From an uncultured Chloroflexia bacterium (GTDB lineage: Bacteria > Chloroflexota > Limnocylindria > Limnocylindrales > CSP1-4): a stretch of 64,000 bases of DNA. The DNA lies in assembly GCA_963813335.1 (NCBI GenBank), contig CAWEYL010000001.1:32001-96000 (forward strand). The letters are read 5' to 3'. The notes under the pieces are model-generated. The model did not search any database and was not told the DNA's origin. It saw only the letters and a list, made by a program, of their open reading frames with translations. The position numbers and the translations under genes are program-made. Positions 43,501 to 53,097 of this stretch are shown piece by piece (the stretch's first letter is position 1; each line of letters starts with the position of its first letter).

Positions 43501-44096
43501 ACCAGGTCGCCCGCGACCATGCCCTGGTCGCGCGAGCCCAGGGTGACGGCCGCCTCGCCGCTGAGGACGCCGGCGCGGGCGTGGACATCCGGTCCCAGGC
43601 CGCGGACCGCATCCACGAGCTCGAGGGCGGCGCGGACCGCGCGCTCCGGGTCGTCCTCGCGGGCGACCGGGGCGCCCCACACCGCCATGACCGCGTCGCC
43701 GATGAACTTCTCGACGGTGCCGCCGTAGCGCTCGATGACGGTACGCGCGAGGTCGAAGTACTCGGACAGCAGCTCGCGGACGACCTCCGCGTCGCGGCCC
43801 TCGGCGATCGTGGTGAACCCGACGAGGTCCGCGAACAGCACGGTGACGAAGCGTCGTTCCGCGACCGGGGCATCGATCCCGGCGGGAGCACTCCCGACGG
43901 CGACGCCGGCCAGCGGTCGGCTCGCGGCGGCGGCCGCCTCATCGCTCAGGAGGCGGGTCCCGCACTCCCCGCAGAAGCGCGCCTGGGGCGGGTTGCTGCT
44001 GCCGCAGGTCGGGCACGCGGCGGCCAGCTTGGACCCGCACTCGTGGCAGAACTTGCGGCCGGCCTCGTTGACCGTGCCGCACGCCGGGCACTGCAT
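40518..44096 (-). CDS. Double zinc ribbon + class III adenylate/guanylate cyclase + AAA/STAND ATPase + TPR-like protein
   Basis: CPACG/CHECG, FADLVGFT, EKFIGDAVMA, GDLVNTASRL, GQAGIGKSRL, EDLHWAD. Confidence 0.92.
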   Translation of the reverse strand: MQCPACGTVNEAGRKFCHECGSKLAAACPTCGSSNPPQARFCGECGTRLLSDEAAAAASRPLAGVAVGSAPAGIDAPVAERRFVTVLFADLVGFTTIAEGRDAEVVRELLSEYFDLARTVIERYGGTVEKFIGDAVMAVWGAPVAREDDPERAVRAALELVDAVRGLGPDVHARAGVLSGEAAVTLGSRDQGMVAGDLVNTASRLQSVAAPGTVLVGEATHRAAASSITFEDAGDTVLKGKEAPVAAWRALRVVAERKGRGRSDRLEAPFVGRDTELRLLKDLFHATSREHRARLVSITGQAGIGKSRLTWELEKYLDGLVEGIWWHDGRSPAYGEGITFWALGEMVRARCGLIETDDPATTREKVAATVIEHVPDEGERRWIEPALLALLGVGEAPAGGRDELFRAWRTFFERLASTGIVVLAFEDLHWADAGQLDFIDHMLEWSRGVPILIITLARPDLLTRRPDWGAGRRNFLALGLEPLDEASMLELLAGLVPGLATATARSIVARADGIPLYAVETVRMLVADGRLREVEGRYEPIGELGELAVPETLQALIAARLDGLPAADRALLQDAAVLGQSFTLAGLSAVAGQPPEAIEPRLRALGDMELLDQRVDPRSPELGQYAFVQALIREVAYATLAKRDRRSRHLAAARFFESLGEDELAGALAAHYVAAYEAVPDGPEGDALAVQARLALVGAADRATALGSPEQAIAFLTQAKEIKAEPAERAAILERLGRAATSAARPDLAEPPLTEAIEIRRSLGDDKAVYRTTVALAQGLLSGRLTERASAILEPAVSKAPGVADDADLSQLIAILARVRSLEQRYFEALALADRALEIAEPLELFEVIAESLITKGNILSQHGRSVEGLSLLDTARRVSQENGFPLMESRAITGLSLVLATRDVRATWEMEIEGIAFARRIGRRDFEITLISNAGEDAIRLGEWAWHESQAAHFEDTELSSLHRVAMGFAGAVIATLRAAPGWRDVVKQVHADIDFVGDTDYANTALDLDGWVALVEGRYPVARDEWFKQADASDTNAPFALPRAARAALLARDAAGAREAIARLDALGVRGQVLEIERQAIGAGIDALEGRTAEAIAGFRAAMAAWRDGGVLWDEAWTAWCALATLGPDHGEIRTIGRRGREITVELGAAPVVAHFDALLGEPGDPGGAEAPGGVAATGPSSGTEVAELA

Positions 44097-44128
44097 CCAC
44101 GGAATGTAGCGTGCGGCGGCGTCCGCCG

Positions 44129-45172
44129 TCAGCGCTGCAGTTCGGGGATCTCCTCGCCCCACGCCGCGAACGCCGCCCGGAGCGGCCCGAGCGTCGCCTC
44201 GTCCGCGAACGCGACGTCGAGCGCGTGCCGGTCGATGGCCCACAGCTCCGGCAGGGTCAGCCCGACCGCCTCGAGCGCGTTCGCGTACTCCTCGGACAGC
44301 GTGATGTCGGAGACCGTGGTGTCGTCGGTCGAGAGCGTCACGGGCACGCCCGCCCGGTGCAGGCGCGCCAGCGGGTGCCCGGCGAGTCCCGCGACGATCC
44401 CGGCCTGCATGTTCGAGGTGGGGCACAGGTCGAGCGTGACCCCGCGGTCCGCGAGCTCCGCGCAGAGCGACGGGTCGTCGATCGTGCCCGGGCCGTGGGC
44501 GATGCGCTCCGGGTCCATGGCGAGGGCGCGGCGCACCTGCGCCGCGCCGCCCCACTCCCCGGCGTGGAGCGTGATGCGCAGGCCACCGGCCCGCGCGGCC
44601 TCGAACGCGGCGGCGTGCTGCGCGGGATCGGGATACGCGGCTTCGGGCCCGGCGAGGTCCCAGCCGACGAGCCCCTGGTCGCGGAAGCCCGCCGCGGTCT
44701 CGGCCAGGACGAGGTTCGCGGCGGGGTCGTGCGAACGCAGCGCGGTGCAGATGAGCCGGACGACGGACCCGCTGCGGGCCGCCCCGGCCGACGCGCCGGC
44801 GCAGACCGCCGCGATCCCGTCCGCGAGCGACAGGCCGCCGGCCACGTGGAGCAGCGGGCCCCAGCGGATCTCCATGTAGCGGACGTTGTCGGCGGCCTTC
44901 GTCTCGACCAGCTCGAGCGTGATCCGCTCCAGCGCCTCGGCGTCCTGCATGAGCGCGATCGGCAGGGCGAACGCTTCCAGGAGTTGCGCCTGGTCGACGC
45001 AGGGCATCGGCGCGATCAGCGCGCGCGACATCCCCGTCCAGTCCCGCGGCGCGTCGATCCCGCGCGTCCGTGCCAGCTCGAGGGCGGTCGCCACGCGGAG
45101 CGACCCGTCGAGGTGGAGGTGGAGTTCCGCCTTGGGCATCGCCTCGACCAGGCGTCGCAGGGGGGTCGTCAT
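44129..45172 (-). CDS. add: Adenosine deaminase
   Basis: PKAELHLHLDGS, HAGE, RIAHG, CPTSN, STDD. Confidence 0.92.
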   Translation of the reverse strand: MTTPLRRLVEAMPKAELHLHLDGSLRVATALELARTRGIDAPRDWTGMSRALIAPMPCVDQAQLLEAFALPIALMQDAEALERITLELVETKAADNVRYMEIRWGPLLHVAGGLSLADGIAAVCAGASAGAARSGSVVRLICTALRSHDPAANLVLAETAAGFRDQGLVGWDLAGPEAAYPDPAQHAAAFEAARAGGLRITLHAGEWGGAAQVRRALAMDPERIAHGPGTIDDPSLCAELADRGVTLDLCPTSNMQAGIVAGLAGHPLARLHRAGVPVTLSTDDTTVSDITLSEEYANALEAVGLTLPELWAIDRHALDVAFADEATLGPLRAAFAAWGEEIPELQR

Positions 45173-45197
45173 GCCCGGATGCTACGATTCCGCGCGC

Positions 45198-46172
45198 ATG
45201 TCCACCATCCTGGTCACGGGCGCGGGCGGGTTCGTCGGCAGCTGGACCATCCCGGCCCTGCTCCGCGCCGGTCATGGCGTCGTCGCGATGGTGCGCACCC
45301 CCGACGCCGGCGCCGTCGTCCGCGACCGCCTCCCGCCCGCCTGGCGCGACCGTGTCGAGCCGCGCATCGGCGACGTCACGATGCCGGCCACGCTCGGCCC
45401 GGTCCTCGGCGGCGTCGACGCGGTCGTCCATCTCGCGGCCATCCCGCTCGACCGGACGGGCGGCGCCGAGCTGTACCGGGTCAACACCGGCGGGACGCGC
45501 AACGTCCTGGCCGCGACGGTCGCCGCGGGGGTCCGGCGGTTCATCCACATGGGCGCCCTCGGCCTGGTCGACGACCCCGCACTCCACTACGCGAGCTCGA
45601 AGACGAAGGCCGACGTGGCCGTGCGCGAGTCGGGCCTCGACTGGACGATCCTCAAGCCATCGCTCCAGTTCGGCGAGGGCGACGGCTTCTTCAACATCGT
45701 GGCCGACCTCGTCCGACGCTCCCCCGGGATCGTCCCCGTGCCCGGCGACGGCCGGAGCCGGTTCCAGCCGATCCACAGCGGCGACGTCGCGCGGATCGTG
45801 GTCCAGTGCCTCGCGGACCCGGGGACCGTTGGCGAGGGGTTCGACCTCGGCGGGCCGCGCTACTGGACCTACCGCGAGATCACCGCGGAGATCGCCCGGG
45901 CGCTGGGCAAGCGGCGGCTGATCGTCCCGGTGCCGGTGCCGCTGATCTCGCTCGTGGCGGGCACGGCCGAGACCGTCCACCTGCCGTTCCCCGTCGCCAC
46001 CGACCAGCTCCGCCAGCTGCGGTCCGACAACATCGGCGCGCTCGACGTCATCGGCCCACGGTTCGGGTTCGAGCCGCGCCCGATGGAGGGCGCGCTCGGC
46101 TACCTGCGCGCCAGGCGCCCCGAGCAGCGGACCCGCGGCGACCTCGCCGGACCGCCCGGGCCCCTCGCATGA
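45198..46172 (+). CDS. NAD(P)-binding epimerase/dehydratase (NDUFA9-like SDR)
   Basis: ILVTGAGGFVG, HLAA, Y..SK, FQPI. Confidence 0.85.
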   Translation: MSTILVTGAGGFVGSWTIPALLRAGHGVVAMVRTPDAGAVVRDRLPPAWRDRVEPRIGDVTMPATLGPVLGGVDAVVHLAAIPLDRTGGAELYRVNTGGTRNVLAATVAAGVRRFIHMGALGLVDDPALHYASSKTKADVAVRESGLDWTILKPSLQFGEGDGFFNIVADLVRRSPGIVPVPGDGRSRFQPIHSGDVARIVVQCLADPGTVGEGFDLGGPRYWTYREITAEIARALGKRRLIVPVPVPLISLVAGTAETVHLPFPVATDQLRQLRSDNIGALDVIGPRFGFEPRPMEGALGYLRARRPEQRTRGDLAGPPGPLA

Positions 46173-47137
46173 GCGAGCGGACCGGGCGGGTCCTCGGCGC
46201 CGTCCTCTGGGTCGTCGCGGTCGTCGCGATCGGGTTCGGGGCGGCCGGGCTGACCGTCGCGATGCAGCCGAGCCCGGACCGGCCCGCGACCTCGGAGCTC
46301 ACGGCGAGCGGGGATCGCGCGGTCCAGCCGCACCTCGACGCCGCCGAGGCGTCGGTCGCCGCGCTCTCCGCGGACGTCGACGCGCTCGGCACGCAGGCGC
46401 GCGGCGCGCTGGCCGCGATGATCGGCGGCGAGACCGGGACGATGGACGCCGCGATCTCGGAAGGCGGCCGCCGCTTCGAGCGGGTCCGCGCGGAGTCGGC
46501 AGCCATCCGCGCCGAGCTCGCCGCTGCGCCATACCTCGGGACCCCGCTTGCGGACCTGTATGTCTCGCCGGCGCTGCAGGCCCGCGCCCGCACCCTCCAG
46601 CAGGTGGCCGCCGCGGTGGGCGGCCTGGACCGGCCGTGGGCCCGGCTCACCACCGGGGGCACCGCGGCGGCGCAGCTGTCCGCCCAGCTCGCCGAGCACG
46701 ACCGGCTGGTCGGGGTCGCCGCCGGGCAGGGACGCGATGCCAAGTACACGGAGGCGATCGCGACCATCGATTCGGCCGCGGCCGTGCTCAAGGCCGCCCA
46801 CGCGGCGCGCGACCGCCTGGCGAACACCGTCGACGTCAGCACGCTCGACCAGTGGCTCGAGCGCAACGAGAGCTACGACGCGGCCTTGCGCGCGCTCTAC
46901 GAGCTGACGCCCAACGTCGGCAAGCGGGTGACCGCCCAGCTGAAGGCCGCGATCGCGGCGGAGAAGGCAGCGCGGGCGCGGCTGCCAGCGAACTCCCGCG
47001 GGCTCGTCGTGATCATGTCCGACATCGGCCAGGGCTGGATGAACGGCGCGGTCATCGCCATCGAGGAGGCCAAGGCGGCCATCGCCGACGCCCTCGAACC
47101 GGCGGCGGCGGCGTCCCCCGACCCGTCCACGCCGTAG
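46169..47137 (+). CDS. Membrane-anchored helical hypothetical protein
   Basis: ATGA overlap with the upstream gene, N-terminal TM, Ala-rich helices. Confidence 0.65.
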   Translation: MSERTGRVLGAVLWVVAVVAIGFGAAGLTVAMQPSPDRPATSELTASGDRAVQPHLDAAEASVAALSADVDALGTQARGALAAMIGGETGTMDAAISEGGRRFERVRAESAAIRAELAAAPYLGTPLADLYVSPALQARARTLQQVAAAVGGLDRPWARLTTGGTAAAQLSAQLAEHDRLVGVAAGQGRDAKYTEAIATIDSAAAVLKAAHAARDRLANTVDVSTLDQWLERNESYDAALRALYELTPNVGKRVTAQLKAAIAAEKAARARLPANSRGLVVIMSDIGQGWMNGAVIAIEEAKAAIADALEPAAAASPDPSTP

Positions 47138-47214
47138 GTACACTGCCCGCACTATCCCCACCACCGTCGCGCACGTAGACGCGCGACGTCACGCCTCCGG
47201 AGGTTCCAGGGCCC

Positions 47215-48726
47215 GTGGATGTCCGTGTCGTCAATGACCAGCCGTGGGAAGTCGCCACCGACGTCCTCGCCATCCCGATCGTGGCCGATCCCGCCTTCGA
47301 TGGACCGCTCGACGAGCTCGACCGGCGCAGCGGCGGCGAGCTGCGGGCGCTCGCGGCCTTCCGCGAACTGAGCGGGAAGCGCTACGCGACATCGCTGGCC
47401 GCGGCCGGCGAGCTACCGGCGAGCCGCCTGGTGACGGTGGGCATCGGCGATCCCGAGGCGCTCGACCGCGAGACCGTGCTGCGCATCGGCGCGACGGCGG
47501 AGCGACGGCTCGGCGGCCGGGCGGTGGAGCGGCTGGCGATCTGGATCACGCCGCTCGTCGAGGCGCTCGGCGGACCGCCCGAGACGGTCGCGGAGCTGGT
47601 CGCGCGCGGGGTCGTCGAGGGTTCCTACGATCCGGCGACCATCTACCGCGAGACCGTCGAGACGTCGCCGCCGGACCTGGTCGAGCTGATCATCGTCGCC
47701 CCCGGCACCGACACGGCCGCGCTCGCCGCGGCGGCGGAGCGCGGCGTGATCATCGGCGAGGGCGCCAACATGGCCCGGACCCTGTCCAACCGCGCCTCGA
47801 ACGACGTGAGCCCGGAGGTCCTCGCCGACGAGGCGCGCTCGATCGCCGAGGAGCACGGGCTGTGGATCGACGTGATCGAGCCGGACCGGGCGACCGAGCT
47901 CGGGATGGGCATGTTCATGGCGGTCGGGCGCGGCAGCGACAACCCGCCGCGGATGATCGTCCTGCGCTCTGGCGGAGCGGGGGAGCACGACGCGCTCGAC
48001 CGGCACCTCGCCCTCGTCGGCAAGGGGGTCTGCTTCGACTCCGGCGGCATCAGCATCAAGCCGGCCGACCGGATGGAAGAGATGAAGATGGACAAGACCG
48101 GTGCGTGCACCGTGATCGCGGCCATCGCCACCCTCTCGCGCCTGGCGCCGGGCACCCCGCTGCTCGCGGTCGCGCCGACCGTCGAGAACATGCCCGGACC
48201 GCATTCGACGCGGCCCGGCGACGTCGTCCGGGCGCTCAACGGCAAGATGGTGGACATCACCAACACCGACGCCGAGGGCCGGCTGATCCTCGGCGACGCG
48301 ATGACCTACGCGGAGCAGCTTGGCGCCACGCACATCGTGGATGTCGCCACCCTGACGGGCGCCGTCGCCCGGGCGCTCGGCCACCTCGTCACCGGGGCGT
48401 TCGGACGGCCGCAGGCGTTCTACGACGACGTGATGGCGGCCGCGGACCGGGCGGGCGAGCGCTACTGGCAGCTCCCGCTGATCGACGACTACGTGCCCGA
48501 GATGGAGAGCTGGTACGGCGACCTGCAGAACTCCGGCGCCCCCGACGGCTCGCTCATCAAGAGCGGCCTGTTCCTGCGCGAGTTCGTGACCGTCCCGTGG
48601 GTCCACCTCGACATCGCCGGGACCGGCTATTACCGCAAGGCGCTGCCCTTCGCGCCACGCGGCGCGACCGGCGTCTCGCACTCGACGCTGGTCGAGCTGG
48701 CGCTGGCCGGGGCCGGCGCGGACTGA
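47215..48726 (+). CDS. pepA: Leucyl aminopeptidase (M17)
   Basis: GKGVCFDSGGISIK, MKMD, NTDAEGRL, ATLTGA, HLDIAG. Confidence 0.93.
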   Translation: MDVRVVNDQPWEVATDVLAIPIVADPAFDGPLDELDRRSGGELRALAAFRELSGKRYATSLAAAGELPASRLVTVGIGDPEALDRETVLRIGATAERRLGGRAVERLAIWITPLVEALGGPPETVAELVARGVVEGSYDPATIYRETVETSPPDLVELIIVAPGTDTAALAAAAERGVIIGEGANMARTLSNRASNDVSPEVLADEARSIAEEHGLWIDVIEPDRATELGMGMFMAVGRGSDNPPRMIVLRSGGAGEHDALDRHLALVGKGVCFDSGGISIKPADRMEEMKMDKTGACTVIAAIATLSRLAPGTPLLAVAPTVENMPGPHSTRPGDVVRALNGKMVDITNTDAEGRLILGDAMTYAEQLGATHIVDVATLTGAVARALGHLVTGAFGRPQAFYDDVMAAADRAGERYWQLPLIDDYVPEMESWYGDLQNSGAPDGSLIKSGLFLREFVTVPWVHLDIAGTGYYRKALPFAPRGATGVSHSTLVELALAGAGAD

Positions 48727-48769
48727 CGGACGCCAGACCGCTTCCGGGCGACCCAGGCCGGGCCGGTCG

Positions 48770-49420
48770 ATGGACCCGCTGACCGTCCTGTCCGTCGCCC
48801 TCGGTGTCGCGGGCTTCGCCTTCGGGCTCGCCGCCGACCGCTTCGCCACGCGATGGCCGGACCATGACGAGGAGCATCCGCCGGGCCGGCGCGTCGACTG
48901 GCGGACCGCCACCGTGGCGGTCACCTCGGCGCTCGCGTTCGGCCTGCTCCCGATCCGGTCTGCCGGCGATCCGCTCGCGTTCGTCATCTTCGGCGCCTGG
49001 TTCGTCACGCTCGTCGTCGGGCTTGCGACGGACCTCGACCAGCGGTTGCTCCCGGACCTGCTCACGCTGCCCGTCATCCCGGTGGCGCTGCTGTACGCCC
49101 TGAGCGGCCAGAACCCGTTCGTGGGTGGGGCCGTCGTCTGGGCCGTGGCTGCCGCGGTCGTCGTGCCGCTCGTGCTCTACCTGCCATCGATCCCGTTCGG
49201 GGCCGGCGCGTTCGGGATGGGCGACGTGAAGCTGCTGGCGGGCGTGGGCCTGCTCGCCGGGGCGGGCCGGCTCCTCTCATCCGTGGTGTTCGCGCTGGTG
49301 CTCTCGGGGGTCGTGCTGATCACGCTGCTGGCGCTCAAGCGGATCGGCCGCAAGACGTACGTGCCGTTCGGGCCCTTCTTCATCATCGGCGCGCTCTGGG
49401 CCGTGCTGATCCGCGGCTGA
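48770..49420 (+). CDS. Prepilin peptidase-like A24 family peptidase
   Basis: TDL..LLPD, GMGDVKL, PFGPF. Confidence 0.85.
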   Translation: MDPLTVLSVALGVAGFAFGLAADRFATRWPDHDEEHPPGRRVDWRTATVAVTSALAFGLLPIRSAGDPLAFVIFGAWFVTLVVGLATDLDQRLLPDLLTLPVIPVALLYALSGQNPFVGGAVVWAVAAAVVVPLVLYLPSIPFGAGAFGMGDVKLLAGVGLLAGAGRLLSSVVFALVLSGVVLITLLALKRIGRKTYVPFGPFFIIGALWAVLIRG

Positions 49421-49645
49421 GCGGGCTCCTTGGTCCCACGCTCGGCGGGACCATCGTCACGCTCGGCCGCCGAAGGGCGGGCGACTAGACTCCCGGGGGT
49501 ATGATGCCGGGAAGCCGGTGTCGTCCTGTCGAGGTGCCCGATCGGGACGGTGGTGAACCGGCGGGCGTACCCGTCTGACGTCGACCCGGTGGTGAGACAC
49601 GGGGGAACGACCCACGGAGATTGCTCGCACGATGACATCGCCAAC

Positions 49646-51037
49646 GTGAAAGGCCGCCAGACCGACCGATCGGCATACCCGATCGCCAACGGCTGGGCGT
49701 CCGCGACCCGACGTCGCGAGCCCTCCTGGCGCCGGATCGGGGCCGTGGTCCTTCTCCTCCCGATCGTCCTCGGGCTCCTCGGCTCGCCGAGCGTCGCCCC
49801 GACCGTGCGCGGCGACGAGCTGACGGACGCCCGCGCCAAGGCCGCCGAGATGAAGAAGCAGGTCGAGCTGGAGAAGGCGCAGATCGCCCAGCTCAACGCC
49901 CTGCAGGCGGGGCTCGCCGCCGACATCGCCTCGACCCGCCACCAGCTGGCCGGCATCAACGCCGACCTGTCGGCGGTCAAGACGAAGATCACCCGGATGA
50001 CGAACCGGATCAAGATCGTCCAGCACTCGTACAACGACCTCGTCCTCGAGCTCTCGATGCTGGACGTGGAGCTGGCCCGCCTGCAGGGCCAGGAGGACCA
50101 GAAGCGCATCGAGCTCGGCGAGCGCAAGGCCCTGCTCGCGGACCGCATCCGGAGCGCCTACGACACGAACCGCACGTCGCTGCTCGAGTCGTTCCTCTCG
50201 AGCGGGTCGTTCAGCGACCTGCTCGCGGAGATGAGCTACTACATCGACGTCGGCGAACAGGACAAGGCGCTCGCCCAGCAGGTCGCGCAGGACCAGGAGG
50301 ACCTGGCGGCGATGCACGAGATCGTGCAGGCCACGCGGTCCCGGACCGACGACCTGCGTCAGACGACCGCCGCCCAGAAGGTGGCCCTCAACAAGAGCCT
50401 CAAGGGGCTCAAGGACGCCAAGGCAGAGCTGCGCCGGCTCGAGAAGGAGACCCAGCGCAACCTGGCGATCCAGCGGGCGAGCTACGCGAAGGTGGCGGCC
50501 AACAAGAAGGACGCGGCGAAGGCGCTGGCGGCAGCCGCCAAGCACCAGAAGGCGCTCGCGGCGAGGATCGCGGAGATCGTCCGGCGGCAGTCCCAGCAGG
50601 GCAACATCCCGTCCCAGTACAACGGCACGCTGAACTGGCCGATGGCCGGCAACGTCACCCAGAACTTCGGGTGCACCGGGTTCTCGTGGGAGCCGCCACT
50701 GGGCAGCTGCGCCCACTTCCACCAGGGCATCGACATCGTCGCGCCCTACGGCACCGCGGTCCGCGCGTCGGGTGACGGCGTCGTGGCCTACATCGGCTGG
50801 AACTACGCCGATGGCCCGGACCCCGCCTGGATCGTGATCATCGCGCACAGCTCGGGGCTGCAGACGTGGTACGCGCACATGACCGCCGCGTACCCGGGCA
50901 ACATCCACCAGGGCAGCATGGTGAAGGCCGGCCAGGTGATCGGCCACGAGGGCAACACGGGCCACTCCACGGGCGCCCACCTCCACTGGGCGGTCATGCT
51001 CAACGGGGACTTCGTCAACCCGCGCCTCTTCCTGTAG
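49646..51037 (+). CDS. Coiled-coil + M23 peptidase (murein hydrolase/activator); start uncertain (49550 or 49646)
   Basis: Long coiled coil, HQGIDI, YAHM, GNTGHSTGAHLH, VNP. Confidence 0.9.
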   Translation: MKGRQTDRSAYPIANGWASATRRREPSWRRIGAVVLLLPIVLGLLGSPSVAPTVRGDELTDARAKAAEMKKQVELEKAQIAQLNALQAGLAADIASTRHQLAGINADLSAVKTKITRMTNRIKIVQHSYNDLVLELSMLDVELARLQGQEDQKRIELGERKALLADRIRSAYDTNRTSLLESFLSSGSFSDLLAEMSYYIDVGEQDKALAQQVAQDQEDLAAMHEIVQATRSRTDDLRQTTAAQKVALNKSLKGLKDAKAELRRLEKETQRNLAIQRASYAKVAANKKDAAKALAAAAKHQKALAARIAEIVRRQSQQGNIPSQYNGTLNWPMAGNVTQNFGCTGFSWEPPLGSCAHFHQGIDIVAPYGTAVRASGDGVVAYIGWNYADGPDPAWIVIIAHSSGLQTWYAHMTAAYPGNIHQGSMVKAGQVIGHEGNTGHSTGAHLHWAVMLNGDFVNPRLFL

Positions 51038-51181
51038 CCCGGCTCGCGGCCGCCTGGCCCGGCCCGGCCCACGCGGCTCCCCGGCCGACGTGGCTCCCCG
51101 GCCAGTGCGGCTTCCCAGCCGACGCGGCTCTCTGGCCGGCCCGCGGCCGTGCCCAGCCCCGATCGCGCCTCCGAGTCGCCG

Positions 51182-51366
51182 ACCTGTCGTAACGACCACC
51201 GACAGAACGTTATGGCCAGTGCGCGTTCCCGCCGGCATGTTCAGCGAGCAGGATCCTGCGCTCCCACGCACGACCCGCGCCACGCACCGGCTGATCGCGG
51301 CCGTCCGGACCCGTGGAGAGATTCGGCAATGGCCATAGCGTTCTGCCCATGAACGTCATGCCGGGT
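51182..51366 (+). mobile_element. Inverted-arm element E (113-bp spacer)
   Basis: ACCTGTCGTAACGACCACCGACAGAACGTTATGGCC ... GGCCATAGCGTTCTGCCCATGAACGTCATGCCGGGT. Confidence 0.75.
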
Positions 51367-51440
51367 CCCCACCGATGAAGGGCCAGCCCCAAGGCGGTCC
51401 GATGTGCCGACCCCCGGGTCGGCCCGCCCGGCGCGCCCCG

Positions 51441-51512
51441 ACCGCGGCCCCGGCCGCGGGCCACCCGCCCCCGCCCACCGCGGCCCCGGCCGCGGGCCAC
51501 CCGCCCCCGCCC
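51441..51512 (+). repeat. 36-bp perfect tandem duplication
   Basis: accgcggccccggccgcgggccacccgcccccgccc twice. Confidence 0.8.
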
Positions 51513-51642
51513 GCCGCGCGGCCCACGCGCGGCGTTCACCCGACGGCAACAGCCCGTTCACGTTCGTTCCGTCGGCCCGTGCTAGCATCGCCGCGGGGCC
51601 CGCGCACGGCCCCGGCCACGGATCCTGGAGGCTTGACGGACC

Positions 51643-53007
51643 GTGAAACGGACCATGGCGGTGATCCTCGCCGGCGGTGAGGGCGAGCGACTGTCGATCC
51701 TGTCCCAGGAACGGGCGAAGCCGGCCGTCCCGTTCGGCGGGAAGTACCGGATCATCGACTTCACGCTGTCGAACTGCGTCAACTCCGACATCGACGACGT
51801 GGTCGTCCTGACCCAGTACAACCCGCGCTCGCTCAACGACCACATCGGCCTCGGGCGGCCGTGGGACCTCGACCGCAACTACGGCGGCGTGAAGCTGCTC
51901 CAGCCGTACATCGCGCGCGGCCGCGTGGCGGAGTGGTACCGCGGCACCGCCGACGCCGTGCTGCGAAACCTCAACGTCATCGAGCACGACTCCTCGGACA
52001 CGGTCCTCGTGCTCGCCGGCGACCACATCTACAAGATGGACTACCAGCCGTTCGTCGCCGCCCACCGGCGGAAGCGGGCCGACGTCACGATCGCGGTCCG
52101 CCGCGTGCCGCTGGCCGAGGCCTCGCGGATGGGCATCCTCGCCCTCGACGAGAGCGACCGCGTGACCGAGTGGCAGGAGAAGCCCAAGCAGCCCAAGAGC
52201 GACCTGGCCTCGATGGGCGTCTACGTCTTCTCGAAGAAGACGCTGCGGCGCTGGCTGTCCGAGGACCGCGTCGACTTCGGGGCGAACGTGATCCCGGCGA
52301 TGCTCGATGCCGGCGCGCGGGTCTTCGGCTACCGCTACAACGGCTACTGGCAGGATGTCGGGACGATCCAGTCGTTCTGGGAGGCCAACATGGCGCTCCT
52401 GGCCGACGATCCCGAGCTCGACCTGTACGACAAGGACTGGATCATCCACACCCGGTCCGAGGAGCGCGCCCCGGCCAAGGTCGGGCCGACGGCCCAGGTC
52501 CACCGCAGCCTCATCAGCCATGGCTGCGTGATCGATGGGACGGTCGTGAACTCGGTGCTGTCGCCGGGCGTCCGCGTGGGCGTCGGCGCGGTGATCCGCG
52601 ATTCGATCGTGATGTTCGACTCGGTCATCCGCTCGGGTGCGGTCGTCGACCGCTCGATCCTCGACAAGGAGGTCGTGATCGGGCAGGGCGCGATCGTCGG
52701 CGACGGACCCTACGACGACCGGCCCAACAAGCAGGAGCCCGGCCGCCTGAACACCGGGATCACCGTGGTCGGCAAGCGGGCGGTCGTCCCGCGCGGCACC
52801 CGCATCGGGCGGAACGTCCGTGTCGCGGCCGACATCCGCTCCTCGGACTTCGTGAAGAAGGTCATCCGCAGCGGCGAATCGGTCGACGCGAAGCCGGGCA
52901 CGCGCAGCGCCCCGCTGCAGGCCGTGGCCGGGGCGCCCGCTGCGCGCGTCGTCGCGGGCTCGCACACCGCGACATCGAAGGGCAAGGGGCGGCTCCCCGA
53001 GGACTGA
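51643..53007 (+). CDS. glgC: Glucose-1-phosphate adenylyltransferase
   Basis: [49 protein letters not shown]. Confidence 0.95.
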   Translation: MKRTMAVILAGGEGERLSILSQERAKPAVPFGGKYRIIDFTLSNCVNSDIDDVVVLTQYNPRSLNDHIGLGRPWDLDRNYGGVKLLQPYIARGRVAEWYRGTADAVLRNLNVIEHDSSDTVLVLAGDHIYKMDYQPFVAAHRRKRADVTIAVRRVPLAEASRMGILALDESDRVTEWQEKPKQPKSDLASMGVYVFSKKTLRRWLSEDRVDFGANVIPAMLDAGARVFGYRYNGYWQDVGTIQSFWEANMALLADDPELDLYDKDWIIHTRSEERAPAKVGPTAQVHRSLISHGCVIDGTVVNSVLSPGVRVGVGAVIRDSIVMFDSVIRSGAVVDRSILDKEVVIGQGAIVGDGPYDDRPNKQEPGRLNTGITVVGKRAVVPRGTRIGRNVRVAADIRSSDFVKKVIRSGESVDAKPGTRSAPLQAVAGAPAARVVAGSHTATSKGKGRLPED

Positions 53008-53097
53008 GCGGGGTCCGGCCCCGCCGCGCCTGGCCCCCGGCCGCGCTCGCCCGCGCCGGCGGCCCGAGTCGGACGCCTCGGGTAGACTCCGCGGGCC

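Noticed and set aside
40518-44096. Cyclase-STAND-TPR protein as a novel defence system
   Set aside because: This architecture is a common, expanded signalling family in high-GC monoderms, and it sits among housekeeping genes here.
44111-47137. Very long ORFs such as 44111..47137, 58065..61535, 28485..31178 and the 1820-aa extension of 40518..45980
   Set aside because: These are Arg/Pro/Gly-rich shadow frames caused by stop-codon scarcity at high GC, overlapping well-supported genes.
22601-51366. 36-bp repeats interpreted as a CRISPR array
   Set aside because: The copies are inverted pairs dispersed over 29 kb with spacers over 110 bp, and there are no cas genes in the window.
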